From Eledone cirrhosa (lineage: Eukaryota): 64,000 nt of DNA. The stretch covers positions 221,650,001 to 221,714,000 of the forward strand of contig OZ024742.1 of assembly GCA_964016885.1 (NCBI GenBank), read 5' to 3'. Shown one piece after another: positions 11,919-24,787 of this stretch. A model generated the notes under the pieces. It worked only from the letters and a program-made list of their open reading frames with translations, was not told the origin of the DNA and searched no databases. The position numbers and the translations under genes were made by a program. Positions within the stretch are counted from its first letter, which is position 1; every line of letters starts with the position of its first letter.

Positions 11919-14469
11919 CCCTTTAGCATTCACATTGAATTGTCAAATGTCATGTTCATCTATTCGCATTATTTTCACTTAATTATACTCAAGAGGGTTA
12001 TCAATTTTATTTGTTTCTAATTACTTTAATTTTCTATGTGCAGACTTGAAATTTTGTCAGTAGACGTTTAAAGAACTATAATTTACAATTATATATGTTT
12101 ACCTGATTTTTTTTTGTTAAATTTGACTTTTATGGGCAGGTAAAATTAATTAACAGGTGTAAAAGTAATAACTTTATGGATAAACACAAAAATTTAAACT
12201 TTATCTGCCTTACCTGTTAGATTTGTTGCAAAAAAATCCAATAATGATCTAGATGCTGATTTCCATCAATTCTAGCAGTTTTCCGAACAGGTGAATTAAT
12301 TAAAAATGCAGGTGTAATCAGTACAATGTTTTAGTCTTTCTCTACATTCTAGGCAAATATTTTCATTGAAAAAAATGTATAAAACCTTTTCACCAGTCAA
12401 AATAATATTGGCAATGTACTCTTACACAATGTACGGTGTAAAATTACGTAACAGAATGTTCCCAATATATAAGTTCATTAACAGGTGTGATGCAGGTGTG
12501 TCACAGGTGAATGCAGGTGTTTTTGTATATGTGTGCTAATATATTTTTAAAATATTGTTTTCAATATTGTCAGACAATATTTCTATCGTGATACTGCCCA
12601 AAGCACCCTTTACATAAGGGCACTTTGCAAAAGGAACACATAAATAGGGTTTGGATTGCGTAACCTTTAACAGTTTTTCTCTTTTGCAAAGAGCACAATC
12701 GGCAAACCTTCCTCCTACCATCAATTCTCTCCACTTTATGAAAATCAATATTTTCTTTGTGGACCACTGCTAATTTTGATTTTTTTTCCCAGCTTTGTGT
12801 TTGCGAGAAGTATATCCCCCACGTAGCTGGGATGCAATGTCCACGCGAAATTTCATGTGGCAGTAGTCCTTTGGTGGTGGCGGATCCTTGTGGCTTTTAG
12901 TAAATACAATATAAGAATTCACAATGGTTAAATTCACTAAAAACCACGATGTATCTCCACCATTTCTTTCCAGGGCGTCCAACTGGGTAATACGCGCAAT
13001 ATTGGTCGGATTTGTCAACCCCACCCATATATTTATTGTAGGAGAGGTTAACTAAAGGTCTACCCTCGGCCCCAACACCTGGTTGTTGGTTAGAACTCGG
13101 GAACAAAATTTGCCGTTTGTCTTTGAACACTGTGGCTAACATGTTCTCTTTTTGCATTTGGAGAATGTCTCCTCTGTTTTTTTAGTTTCGCAACTTTTAT
13201 TTCTTGGGGTAGCCCTTTCCGATTGCTCATTATTGTGCCGCAGGTGTATGTATTTACAAGGGCAAGATCCTCTGCTAAAAGCACCGAAGAAAAAAGACGG
13301 TCATAATAAATGTGTCTGTGTTGAAAGTGGAAGGGTTGAGTCAGCGACCACACAACATCGTAACCCAACCCGTGCTTTCACTCTCCGTTAAGTTTTTTTC
13401 CTGTGTAAACATCAAAGTTTACACAGTATCCCGTGTCCGATTCACACAGTTCCCACACTTTGATGCCCCATTTGGTGGGTTTAGCTGGCATATACTGTCT
13501 GAAATGAACCCTACCCTTATACCCAATCATAGCTTCATCAACACTAAGATTTTTTCCAGGTAAATACATACTTTTAAATTTTTCTGTCAACATTTCAATT
13601 AATGGTCGTACTTTGTACAGTGGGTCGTAATTCGATTCATTTCTACCAGGGGCATTTGTAGTATCAACCAGATGCAAATACTGGTTTAATTTTATAAATC
13701 TCGTTTTGGCCATAATACTAGATATATAAGGGTCACCAAACCTTATATCAGTACTCCAATAATTCCACAGTCGTGGAAATTGTTTAATACCAAACAATGT
13801 TTATGGTAAAAAACGCTTTCATTTCGGCAGAATCTGTCGGATGCCATAACAGATCGGGTTTTCCTCGATTAGAAATCTGTTGTTGTGCATAGCGATTTGT
13901 CTCTTCTGCCACAACTTCGAAGAAAGTTTGTGGTAGAAATAAAAAAAAATAATCCAGAGCTTTAGCATCGGGTGGTAATGTGTGTTGTGGTCCAGAATTT
14001 TCATTAAAATCCGAAACATGTATCGGTGTTGTTTCTTTCAACCACGTTGGTGTTTTTTCAATGGTGTCAGATATCTCTTCGCTTTCACTTTCAAAGTGAC
14101 TATCATCATCATCAGATATATCTGATTCATTTGAAGATAAATCACTGATATTATCTTCTGTTTCTTTTTTATCTTGAATGTCGTAGGATGTAAAACCTTC
14201 AAAATCGTTGTCGCTGCTTTCGGAAGCCATGTTACAATTTCAAAGTTAAAAACACGTGTTATCACAAGGTCTTTAACTATACTAAGAGTTAATTTTCGCG
14301 CGTAAGGGCTTTATCTCGCTGTAATCTCGAATTGACGAGATTTTGATGATGTCAATGTTTATTTTTAGAAGGAGATCTACGAGTGGTCTGAAATGTCGGT
14401 TTTTGTCGGTTTGAATAAATGAAAGGGGACATAATTTTGTCGGTTTTTGTCGCTTTGAACGCTAAAGGG
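11919..14469 (-). mobile_element. Full-length decayed piggyBac DNA transposon (2551 bp)
   Basis: TTAA duplications at 11915-11918 and 14470-14473; TIRs CCCTTTAGCATTCA / TGAACGCTAAAGGG (13 of 14 match); internal transposase remnants. Confidence 0.93.
12570..14230 (-). pseudogene. Frameshifted piggyBac (PGBD-type) transposase
   Basis: Six consecutive - strand ORF pieces: acidic N-terminus, SVDEAMI..KGR..RQYMPAKPTKWGIK, YYDRLFSS, TCGT..NRKGLP, YNKYMGGVDKSDQ (DDD triad) and C-terminal CxxC..CxxC..C..C..H cysteine-rich domain. Confidence 0.92.
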
Positions 14470-14889
14470 TTAAAAGATAGAGTTACATCATATTCAAAAC
14501 AAACCTGTATTTAGAGCAGTTATATTTTTCCTGTCCCCAATACTGCTGCTAATTATATTTGTAACTCCCTCTTGATCGAGTTCTTGAAATTTGAAGATTC
14601 ATGAGGATACTTTCTTCTTAAGTATATTTAAGCATTGGAATCTCATATAATTAACTCATTTGATACTAAGCCACCTCAAGTTTCTGGTTCTCCAAACAAA
14701 ACTTTTAAAGGGTTTATATTTATCTAAACATCAATTTAATATCAAAGTTAGCCATTTTACTAAATCATTGGCAGTGTTTTTTGTTAGAAATAGTTTGGAA
14801 AAAGGAAGTTCTAATTGCTTATTAAGCTACCACTAGATCAATGTTTGTAGTGAAAGGGTATATTTGATTGAACTTTATTATGTCACAGA

Positions 14890-15052
14890 GGGTCGGACGC
14901 CATGCTTTGACGCATAGTTACGGCCCTTGCCATTCTGAGTTCAAATCCCGCCGAGGTTAACTTTGCTTTTCATCCTTACGGGCCGATAAAATAAAGTACC
15001 AGTTGTAATCTGCTGGGTAATTGCTGGCCTTGTGTCAAAAGTAGAAACAATT
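14890..15052 (+). mobile_element. Second SINE family (Meta-domain-like); other copies near 1985-2310 (-, two copies), 21735-22085, 25100-25290, 26800-27030, 32807-32930 (-)
   Basis: Recurrent gagttcaaatcc(B box)gccgaggt.aactttgc.tttcatcct...gg.cgataaaataaagtaccag. Confidence 0.65.
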
Positions 15053-16842
15053 AAGTCACTGGTACTTATCAACTATTGGGAAATAAAAGTTAGTCACTCT
15101 TGGCAAAACCCTAGAGACCAGGAGTATATTTGAACCAGTTCTGTACTGTCTATAATCTTTTTCTCTGATGTCCCCTTAGTGTTGGTTCTGTGATAAATTA
15201 TACCCAGAGCACTATATGTTGATAGAACAAATGTAAGCAAGGAGTGGGCCACCAGCCTGTCTGAGAAATCAGTAGCTCCAATTAAGTACTGGTTTGATCT
15301 GCAGTAACCTATCTGACCCTTGCTAGCAAGGGGAACAGGTGTTTGATGATGATAATGGTGACTGGCATAGATTGGATAAGCCATTTTGCAGCTAGACAAC
15401 CTTCCTATTGCCAGCTGTTACTAATTTTAAATATTGTACTTATTCCACTGGTATTCACCCATCAAATTGAAACATCAGTTCCAGGTCTTCTTTTTTAAGT
15501 GGTTAAAAGACTTTTAGATAAATATAAACACTTCAAAACAAACGGTTTTATATCATAGAACCAGGAGCAGTTTCAGGTAGTTTGGTATTAAAAGGGTTAA
15601 ACAGATCTGATTATGTAGAAACTAAGTACCATACAATAGCTTTATTGTATCTTATATCATATATATACACTTGTGCAGACTTATATAGAAGATTGCAATT
15701 GAATGAGTCATTATTATTGGTTGAAGTTGGGTTTATGAATACACTTAAAATATCAGCAATGTTCTATTTTTAATTGCTGCCAAGTATATTATATGTATTA
15801 TGTATTTTATTACTGCTTAAGTATTAATTCTCCTCACACCATTCATTTGAGTCAACTGTCTTGACACAAGCATGGCTGTGTCATTAAGAAGTTCACTTTG
15901 CAACCATGTGATTTCAGGTTCTATCCTACTGTGTGACACCTTAGAAAAGTGTCTTCTAATATAGCCCTGGACTGACCAATGTGTTGTGAATGAATTCAGT
16001 AGACAAGAGCTGTATGTGGCCCAGTGGTTACGGTGCTCGTCTCGCATCTGGTTATAGGTTTGATTCTTGACTGGCATATTGCATTCTTGAGTAAAACGCT
16101 TCATTTCACTTTATTTTTCATGATAGGACTGAGTCTCTTATCTTTAAAACACTCAAGAATCTTCATACTAAGAGATAACAACTTTGTAGGAAGCAAGTAA
16201 ACCTACATAAGTATGAGCTGTCTCTTTTTTTCATTTTCATATAGGTATATGTATATATTTGAATGTATGTGAGGAAGAGAGAAAAGAATGAGAGCAATGA
16301 AGAACTCAAGAATAGCAATGGAGTGAAAGAAGCCTCAACTTTGTGTGTGTGATAGTTTATTGAAAGTAAGTATAGGGTTTGTAGTATAAGTAGAAAAGAG
16401 GAAAGTGCATAGCTTAGTAGTTAAGGTGTTGGAGTCACAATCATGAGGTCATGTGTGTGATTCCCAAACCAGGTGATGCATTGTGTTCTGATGCAAGACA
16501 CTTTATTTTACACTGCTTTTTCATGATATAACTGGGGTTCTTATCATTAAAACGCCTAAGAAACTTTCTATGAGGTGGAACCTAGGAGGCCAGCTAAACA
16601 TGCATAGATGTGAGTTGTAACATGTTAGGGCTGGGGCCCTATCATTAAAACAGCCAATTCTGAAGTGCAGCTTCGTAGGAGGCCAGTTAAACTTGCATAG
16701 GTGTGAGTTGTAAATTACATTTTTTATTTCAATTCAATTGAAGGATTTATTTTCTTTTGATTTAATGTCTTTTTTTTTTCTTTTTTTTTTTTCTGTCGTT
16801 AAACATATTCTGATATTGACTCATTGTTGTTCTTTCTTTCAG

Positions 16843-16979
16843 TGAGCCACAGTGGTAGTGGCAATAGCTACATGGACTTGTCCAATATGCCAATGGAAAA
16901 CAAACAACAGCAGACAATGATGTGGCAACAGAATCAGTACCTTACTGATTCTGGTATCCATTCAGGTGCCACAACACAG
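16843..16979 (+). CDS. CTNNB1: Beta-catenin exon 2: N-terminus with GSK3/beta-TrCP phosphodegron (..QQTMMWQQNQYLTDSGIHSGATTQ)
   Basis: Hand translation gives DSGIHSGATTQ; ttttcag-type acceptor and CAG|gttagt donor; 137 nt. Confidence 0.95.
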
Positions 16980-18258
16980 GTTAGTATATTGTAAACTACC
17001 ATACACTGTACTGTACTGCACTACACTACATAAACACTATACATTATACTACACTACACCTTTTTATTTCTCTGTGTTATCAAATTAGGATTATTATAAA
17101 TATATTTATACTAAACAGTCCATTAAAAATATACATGCACAGTTTCTATTAATTAATTACTACTATAGGTATAAAACAAGTGTTTTAAGGCCATTTTCCC
17201 CACTAGGTTAGCTTTGCAGGGTCCTATATGGGACATGGTTTTACAGCCGGATATTCTTCTTAGTTCCACCCATTTTAGTTGCTTCTTACGACATGCAGGG
17301 ATATGGTGTATTTATTTTAATGTGCACATTCATAGTCATTACTATAGATAAATAATTATAAATATCTTTATTATAGTAAGACTTATATATAACCTTACAA
17401 GGTAAATTTGTTTCACCAAAGATGGATTTTAAAAGCCTATATATTATAAAGCTTAGAAAATCTATTTTGAGAAACAAAAATATTTATATATTCATAGCTA
17501 GTTTTTTTACTATAACTTTACCTAATATCTCATGAAAACATATGAAAGTGTACTTGTGGATTTCTAACTTATTTTATTAGATTTAGATTAATTCACTTAG
17601 TTTGCATTGTAAGGCAGTAATGCTGGTTCCATGACAAAAAGTACCTTGTAAGGTGGTAGTGCTTGTACCATGACAAAAATACCCAGTCCACTCTGTTGGG
17701 TGTTAGTGCAATGATTCCAAACATGGGTGCATGCCCCACAGAGGAGCAATTTGAAAATGATGTTAATGAGAGCAAACTTCAGGTTTTACTTTAATACTCT
17801 TACTCCAAGGCAACTTTGGAACAAATTATTCTTGGAAACTCCTATCTCACCTCCTCCACACGTTATTGTGTATCTGGCATCACCCATACACCAATTTGTT
17901 TACAATTTGTAGTTGATTATTGCTGTTTTTATATCAAAGTGGGAGTATAAAAATGTGTGAGATGTTGACGTATGACATGGGGCACAAAAGGTTGGTAACC
18001 ACTGTGTTAGTGTCAGTCACAATAAAAGGTTCCCAGTCATTTCATTACTAAGACTAGCAGAAAAACCACCCTTCGGGTGGTTTTCTGCTAGTATGTGTAG
18101 TGTGTATATTGATATTATATGCAGGTATATATACATGTAGATATGATACATCAAATAAAATCGTAATTGACAATATATAATACATAGAAATTGAACAAAG
18201 ACTGTCTTATTTAATCAGTAACGTAATCCATGATACATTAAAAAAGACGATATCATTA

Positions 18259-19299
18259 TCTATAAAAGGCAGATTGTTGTTGTTGTTGTTGTGTGTGCGC
18301 GCATGTTCCATGTTTATACATTTGCACAATTTCAAACCTTTTCGACTCGGTCTGTAAGAATGTTGTAAATGGTCTTAGGTCAACAACTATTTCTTTCATT
18401 CAAACTCACCCACAATTATGGAAATAATCGATAAAACTAAATATATGACGCTTTACCCCTCTAATAGAATCTGATTACCTCTCTCTACTCCCCTTAAAAT
18501 TCAATAAAACTACATACATGCTTACAAACTTCCTTTAGGAACGCCGAAGAGAGAGACAGAACATTTGTTTTTGAGTGTGGAATGGTCAAACATTTATTTA
18601 CTTCAATGACAAAAGAGAACTTATTACATTTCATACGAAACAACAATTATTCAAAATCAACAGATAAATTTATTCAACAACAAAAAAAATAGCGATAAAT
18701 CTTTTTTAAAACCTCTCAACGAACGTGGAAGAAAGAAGTATCAGTTTATTTACTTACTATACACAATAATATATAGGTCACTAAACCTGCTTAAAACAGC
18801 TAACTCTCCCCCCTATCACACCACTACCTACTGTCTTAAAACATATCCTCTGAGGTCACTAAATCTGCTAGAAACAGCAGCTAACTCTTCCCCATATCAC
18901 ACCACTCCTTACTGTCTTAAATTTAGAAAACACATATCCTCTATGAGGTCACTAAACCTGCTAGAAACAGCAGCTAACTCTCCCCCATATCACACCCCTC
19001 CCTATTGTCTTAAATTTAGAAAACACACATTAGACAACCATGCAGAACAACTCCATCGCAGCTCTGTTGTTCGGCTGGCATCGTCTACGCGCGTGTTGCG
19101 CAAGTACTGTGAAACAATAAATTTCAACACTTCTTTGCACAGAGATAATATCCATAGGCGAAACTACAATTGTCACTGCTGGCGCAGCCCCTGATTCGGC
19201 AGTCCAGGTCTGCAACAAAAAAGTGCTGCCACAAAATGGGTGGTGCAACCTAACTTTGGTAACTTACTGACCCTGAGCAACGCCAGGCTTTAATGCTAG
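18259..19299 (+). mobile_element. Non-autonomous Helitron-like element
   Basis: A|TCTATAAAAGG start followed by microsatellite; 3' hairpin cctgagcaacgccagg followed by ..gCTAG|T; contains three tandem ~80-90-bp repeats at 18775, 18853 and 18946. Confidence 0.6.
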
Positions 19300-19993
19300 T
19301 TATATATAAACTGCATTAGGAGAAAATTAGTATGTTTATTTATGCGATAGCCAACCGAAAGTGTTGACATTTCAGAAATTTTAAAGAAATGAATCTTTAA
19401 ATAAACAAATATATTTAATCAACAGCCACGAAATTTAGGAGATAAATTGGAATATTCATTCATTATTTATTCAAAGTAATCCAACTTATTTTACTAATGG
19501 GATAAAAAATTATAAACTGTACAGTCCTGCGCTCCTTACTTTATTATAGTTTAGATAGTAAATTAACACATGGTTCTTATATAAAATTATGGATCATTCT
19601 GTTTCATAGAATCGGAGCCAGGTTAGTATCAAAAGGGCTAATAAAGAATTTTAAGGGATTTATAAATTATTTCATTATTAAGATAGCTTGACAGATAGTT
19701 CTTGTATAAAATTATGTTCAAAGGTTTTAATATAAATAAGAATCTTTTAAAATGGATGGTTATGTTGCATAGAACCAGAGGTTTTTGCCAATTTATGTAA
19801 TAAGAAAGTTATGACAAAACAAAGTGGTGACACACACACACACCCTAAACTGTAGTTCTGCCAAGACTTGGTCAATACAGAATGTGTATTTATTTAGAAC
19901 CCTTTACAATGATTGTTGTTTCTTAGAATCAGTTGGTCTTGACCGGGCTAGTATTAAAAAGGTAAATAATTAAAATTTTGATTGTATTTCTAG

Positions 19994-20117
19994 GCCCCCT
20001 CCATCAGCAGCAAAGGTCATGGAGAGGAAATGGAAGAAGAGAACATGGATAATAACCGAATGATGTTTGATTGGGATCAAGGATTTAACCAAGGTTTTAC
20101 TCAGGAACAAGTTGATG
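19994..20117 (+). CDS. CTNNB1: Beta-catenin exon 3 (APSISSKGHGEEMEEENMDNNRMMFDWDQGFNQGFTQEQVD; CK1 priming Ser)
   Basis: tttctag acceptor, G|gtaagt donor; conserved APS and GFTQEQV motifs; 124 nt. Confidence 0.95.
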
Positions 20118-21506
20118 GTAAGTCTTAACTATTAAATTATGGGTGAAGGTGCATGGCATAGGGGTTAGGGTGTTGGACTCACGATCTTAAGGGCATAGGT
20201 TCAATTCTTGGACCAGGCAGCATGTTGTGTTCTTGAGCAAGACACTTCATTTCACAATGCTTTTCATGATAGAACTGGCGTCCTTATCATTAAAACACAT
20301 AAGAAACGTCTTATGAGAAACCTCATATAAGGCCAGTTAAACTTACACTTCTTTCTTATTATTTTATCTTAATGATGGAAGGTTCGACAGTGAGCACTCG
20401 ATTGTTCAGTCAACTGAACATCTAACTCATGAAGTAACATGTAAATGGTTGAGTATTCGCAAGCAGAATATGCATGATACAATATGTAACTAGCTGGACA
20501 TTTTTGAATTACATGTACAATCCTTCTGATGGCCTTCCACACAGTTTCTGTCTACCCAGTTTCACTCTTATGGCATGGGTCAACACAATGCTATGGTAAA
20601 GATGCTATGCAGTGGGATCGAACCCAGGACCACATGATTCCAAAACAAACTTCTTAACTGCTCAAGCTAAGCCTGTGTCTGCATACAACTGAAAACTGCA
20701 GTGCACCACTACATTACTACTATACACTACTGAAAATTGCAGTGTATTAATTGAAGTTGCCCAAATAACTGTAAATGTGAACCTAATTGTTCAAGCAGTA
20801 GAATTAATTACCTACAATGACCTTTACCAAAAAAGTAGACAACACCCAAATAAATTAACTTCTCTAATTCATGTTACCATTCATATTGTAGTTATAACAA
20901 TATACTACAAGCACAGTAATTTAGTATGTGTTCAAATATTACTGATTACAAGTATTTTATGGCCATTTTTCATGCTAAAGTACAGACTAGCTTTGTAGGT
21001 CCCGTGAGAGTCTTGTAGTCACCATGGGGTGCTTTTTGAAGCAATTCGTTTATAGCCTGATGACTTTCATCATTACTGTTTAACACCTATTTTCCATGTT
21101 TGCTTGGGTTAGATGGCTGTCGCGTGCTGAGGCCAGACTTGTCAGGTGACTAGGTCCTGCTCATATGCTTTATTTTGGCTTGATCTCTACAGTTGGATGC
21201 CCTTCCTAACACCAAACCACTTTACAGCACCAACCAGAAACTTTTTAGTCACTTCTTATGACAGACAGGGATACCATGTGTATATTTGAAACTGGATGCA
21301 CTCACTGTTATATATTGTTGATATATTTCTGATTATTATTTTTAAAAAGGATGGTGGAATGACAATATTTGTAGGGTTACATAAAAATGTGTAAAAATGA
21401 GGACAAAAACAAAGTGTCCTCCTGTACTATTCTTAATTTTTTTTTTTTGTAAATCTTTTGTAGTTAATAAAAAAAAAAATCATCATTATTATTGTTATTA
21501 TTCTAG

Positions 21507-21694
21507 AGATGAACCAACAACTGAATCAGACCAGATCACAAAGAGTGAGAGCTGCAATGTTTCCAGAAACTCTAGAAGAAGGTATTCAAATACCCTCAAC
21601 TCAGATCCACCCTGATCAACCAACAGCTGTGCAAAGATTGGCTGAACCGTCACAGATGTTGAAGCATGCAGTTGCTAATCTCATTAACTATCAG
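21507..21694 (+). CDS. CTNNB1: Beta-catenin exon 4 (alpha-catenin-binding region: [15 protein letters not shown]...[21 protein letters not shown])
   Basis: ORF 21509..21724 matches beta-catenin; ttctag acceptor, CAG|gtaata donor. Confidence 0.97.
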
Positions 21695-23013
21695 GTAATA
21701 ATCCCTTCTTCACCAATTATTTAATAAAGCTAATGAATTGGCAGAATCATAGAAGTGACAGGAGAAAATGCCTTGTATTTATTTCAGCTTTCTGAGGTCA
21801 ACCGTTTCATTTTTTTCGGGGGTTGATAAAACTAAGTTCTAGTCCATGTTGGTAGATTGAGAATGGTTAGAGCATTCTATAAGATGTCTTACTGTATTTT
21901 CTCTAGCTCTCTCTGCTCTTTCAGTTCAATTCTTGTCCTCGTCAACTTTCATTCTTCCAAAGGTTGATAAAATAAAGTACCAGTTCAGGGCAGTGAGTTG
22001 GTGGAATTATTAGAGCATTGGATGAGATGCCTTGCTATGTTTGTTCCAGCTCTTTGTATTATGGGTTTAAATCTCACTGTGGTCTACTTGAGTGATAGAC
22101 TTAATCCATCATCTAGTTTAACACCACCACTTGGCTCTTGTGTGCCTTTAGCAGAGTTCATTCTCACTCCCACTATTCTGAGAGGTCCTACAATCATGGG
22201 TACTGTTCTTCTCTTTCCTAACGAAATAATGAAGAAAAAATTTTTTTTTTTCAATAGCTCTTTATGCTAGTGACTTTGTTGAATCAAGTTTTTTAAATAC
22301 CACCACTTGCCCCTTGGGTGCCTTAAGCCACATTCACTCTGCTGCAAGCAGTCTGGTTGGCTCTTTGATCTGAAGATAGCTGACTTCTACCAGTGTTGGA
22401 GGCCCTTTGAGAAATTTATAAGCACTACTTAGCTTGTCTAACTCTTACAAGCATTGAAAATGGATATTAAAGTGATGATGATGCTCTTCTGTCTTTATCA
22501 AAACCAGTAAAAAAAAAAAAAGCTATTTATGCTACAGTGACTGATGAAACAAGCTTGTTCATTTTAAACATTTTTATGTGCATAAAATTGTTTTAGGAAA
22601 GTCAGTATAATGCAAATTAGAATTAAAGGAGTGAAAACAGAAATGACTTTGAGATATTTAGGGGTTAGGAACCTTTCTTCAAAAGAAAAATGGAGTGTCA
22701 TGATGGTAGGCTACATATTTTGCAATGTTTCTTGAATCAGCTGCTTTGTTTACGTTTCTTACTACTAAAAAGACAAACTTGATAGCCAGCAGCTCTTTAA
22801 CATGGTGGTAATGCACTTGCCCAGTAAATGAGATATGTCCACTTTTTTTTTTTTGTTTTTTTTGTTTTTTTTTTCTTTTTTTTTGTTTTGTTTTTTTGCT
22901 AAGGGTACTATTTTCTCAATCATTATTTATAAGGATCAACTATTATGGTCATTTTCAATTAGATGAACACACAAACTATACTTTTTTTTTTTTTTTTTTT
23001 TTTTTTTCCCCAG

Positions 23014-23318
23014 AATGATGCTGACCTTGCCACTTTTGCTGTTCCTGAGCTGATTAAGTTGTTGAACGATGAAGACCAAGTGGTCGTAGCTCGCGCCGCT
23101 GTCATTGTACACCACTTAACCAGAAATGATGCTAGCCGGCATGTTATCCTTAATTCTCCACAAATGGTTGCGGCTCTTGTACGAGCCATGAATAATACAA
23201 ATGATTTTGAAACCACTCGCTATGGAGCTGCAGTTCTCCATAGCCTTTCACAACATAGACAGGGACTTCTGGCTATATTTAAATCTGGAGGTATTCCAGC
23301 ACTTGTAAAATTACTAAG
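23014..23318 (+). CDS. CTNNB1: Beta-catenin exon 5 (Arm repeats 1-3: [25 protein letters not shown]...[14 protein letters not shown])
   Basis: Poly-T tract plus cag acceptor, AG|gtaatt donor; ORF 22963..23322. Confidence 0.97.
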
Positions 23319-23368
23319 GTAATTTCTCTAATCTTCAGTAGTTTTTTTTTTTTCTTTTTAATTCATAC

Positions 23369-23967
23369 TGAAGGATGACAGCTGCATAAAAAGGTGCAGA
23401 GCACTAGAAGTTGATGGAAACCGCGGAGTGGGGAGACCCAAGATGACTTGGGATGAGGTGATAAAAGCCGACCTTACCCAACTACACCTCTCAAAGTCAA
23501 TGACACACGACCGTGACTTCTGGCGTCACGCAGTAATACAGGGTACCCGACCTCCCATGGGTACATGCTGAAGCATATAAACAATATGCCCCCCCCCCCC
23601 CCCCCCCCCCCCACCGCAAGGTGGTCGTGGAGGTGCCACGGCAAAAAAGCACCCAGCCCACACTGTAAAGTGGACGTGTAGACGCCACGAAAAAGCACCC
23701 AGCACTCACTCGTGGAGGTGCCACGGCAAAAAAGCACCCAGCCCACACTGTAAAGTGGACGTGTAGGCGCCACGAAAAAGCACCCAGCACTCACTGTAAA
23801 TGAGGTTGGTGTTAGGAAGGGCATCCAGCTGTAGAAATCAAGCCAGATCAGTTCCTGTATGAGCAAGGCATGGTCAGCCGACCAGACACTGCCCACAACA
23901 GGACAACCCGTCTAACCCATGCTAGCGTGGAAGAACGGACGTAAAACGGTGATGATGATGATGATGA
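23369..23967 (+). mobile_element. Short 3' fragment of the same RTE LINE subfamily, in intron 5
   Basis: Nearly identical to 43042-43553, plus an 85-bp internal duplication and an expanded poly-C; (GAT)n tail. Confidence 0.92.
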
Positions 23968-24787
23968 CTGTCTCTTATTCTTTAGTTTCGTATTATAAAA
24001 CACAATTACAGCAATCAATATTTTAAGGCCATGTTCTCTTCAAGACCTTTGACAAATTGCTCCATTTTGCCCTTTTATTTGCATCACCCCACTCCAAGTG
24101 ACCTCCATTTCCTCCTCCTTCATTTTTTCCATGTCTTTCATGGTCTTCCCTTTCCTCTACTTCCTTTCACATTCATTTCCTTCACACCTTTCACCCAGTA
24201 ACTTCCATCCTTCCTCAATACATGACCCAATCATCTCATTCCATTTCTCTTCACAACATTCTTCACTGGTTCTATTCTTATCATCCTCTGCAATATTCCA
24301 TTCAACCACTGAACCATTTCCATTCTTTACAGCCTTCTCTGCAGCTCTACATTCATCACCCATGTCTTGTTCCCATAAATCATGGCGCGTCTCATGCATG
24401 CAACTTGCACCTTTCTCTTTAGTTTCAGCAACACTTCCCTCCTCATTAGCATAGAATTGCTGCAAGAAAAAAATTACCTCTACAAAAATAATCTATATAA
24501 AAACATAGTCGGTATTAAAAAGGTGTCATGTAAAATTTAGATATATACATAAAGAAAAAAAATTCGAATTGCACCACATTTAGAATTAGTTATATGCAAA
24601 TATTAACTCTGGCTGCAATTTTGTTTAAAAATACTGCCTATAATTGTTATATCATTTATGACATATCTTATTTTCCATACAGCTCCCCAATGGAAACTGT
24701 ATTGTCTTATAACATGTTTATCTTCCACACATCTGTCCAATGTAAAATATTGTCTTATGTCGTATCTCTATCTTATCTCCCACACAG

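Noticed and set aside
12570-14230. Domesticated PGBD gene or beta-catenin fusion exon
   Set aside because: About five frameshifts or stops, antisense to the host gene, and intact TIR/TTAA ends indicate a dead transposon.
24098-24465. Overlapping 102-118 aa ORFs in intron 5
   Set aside because: Pyrimidine/purine-biased low-complexity sequence with no recognisable motif or splice support.
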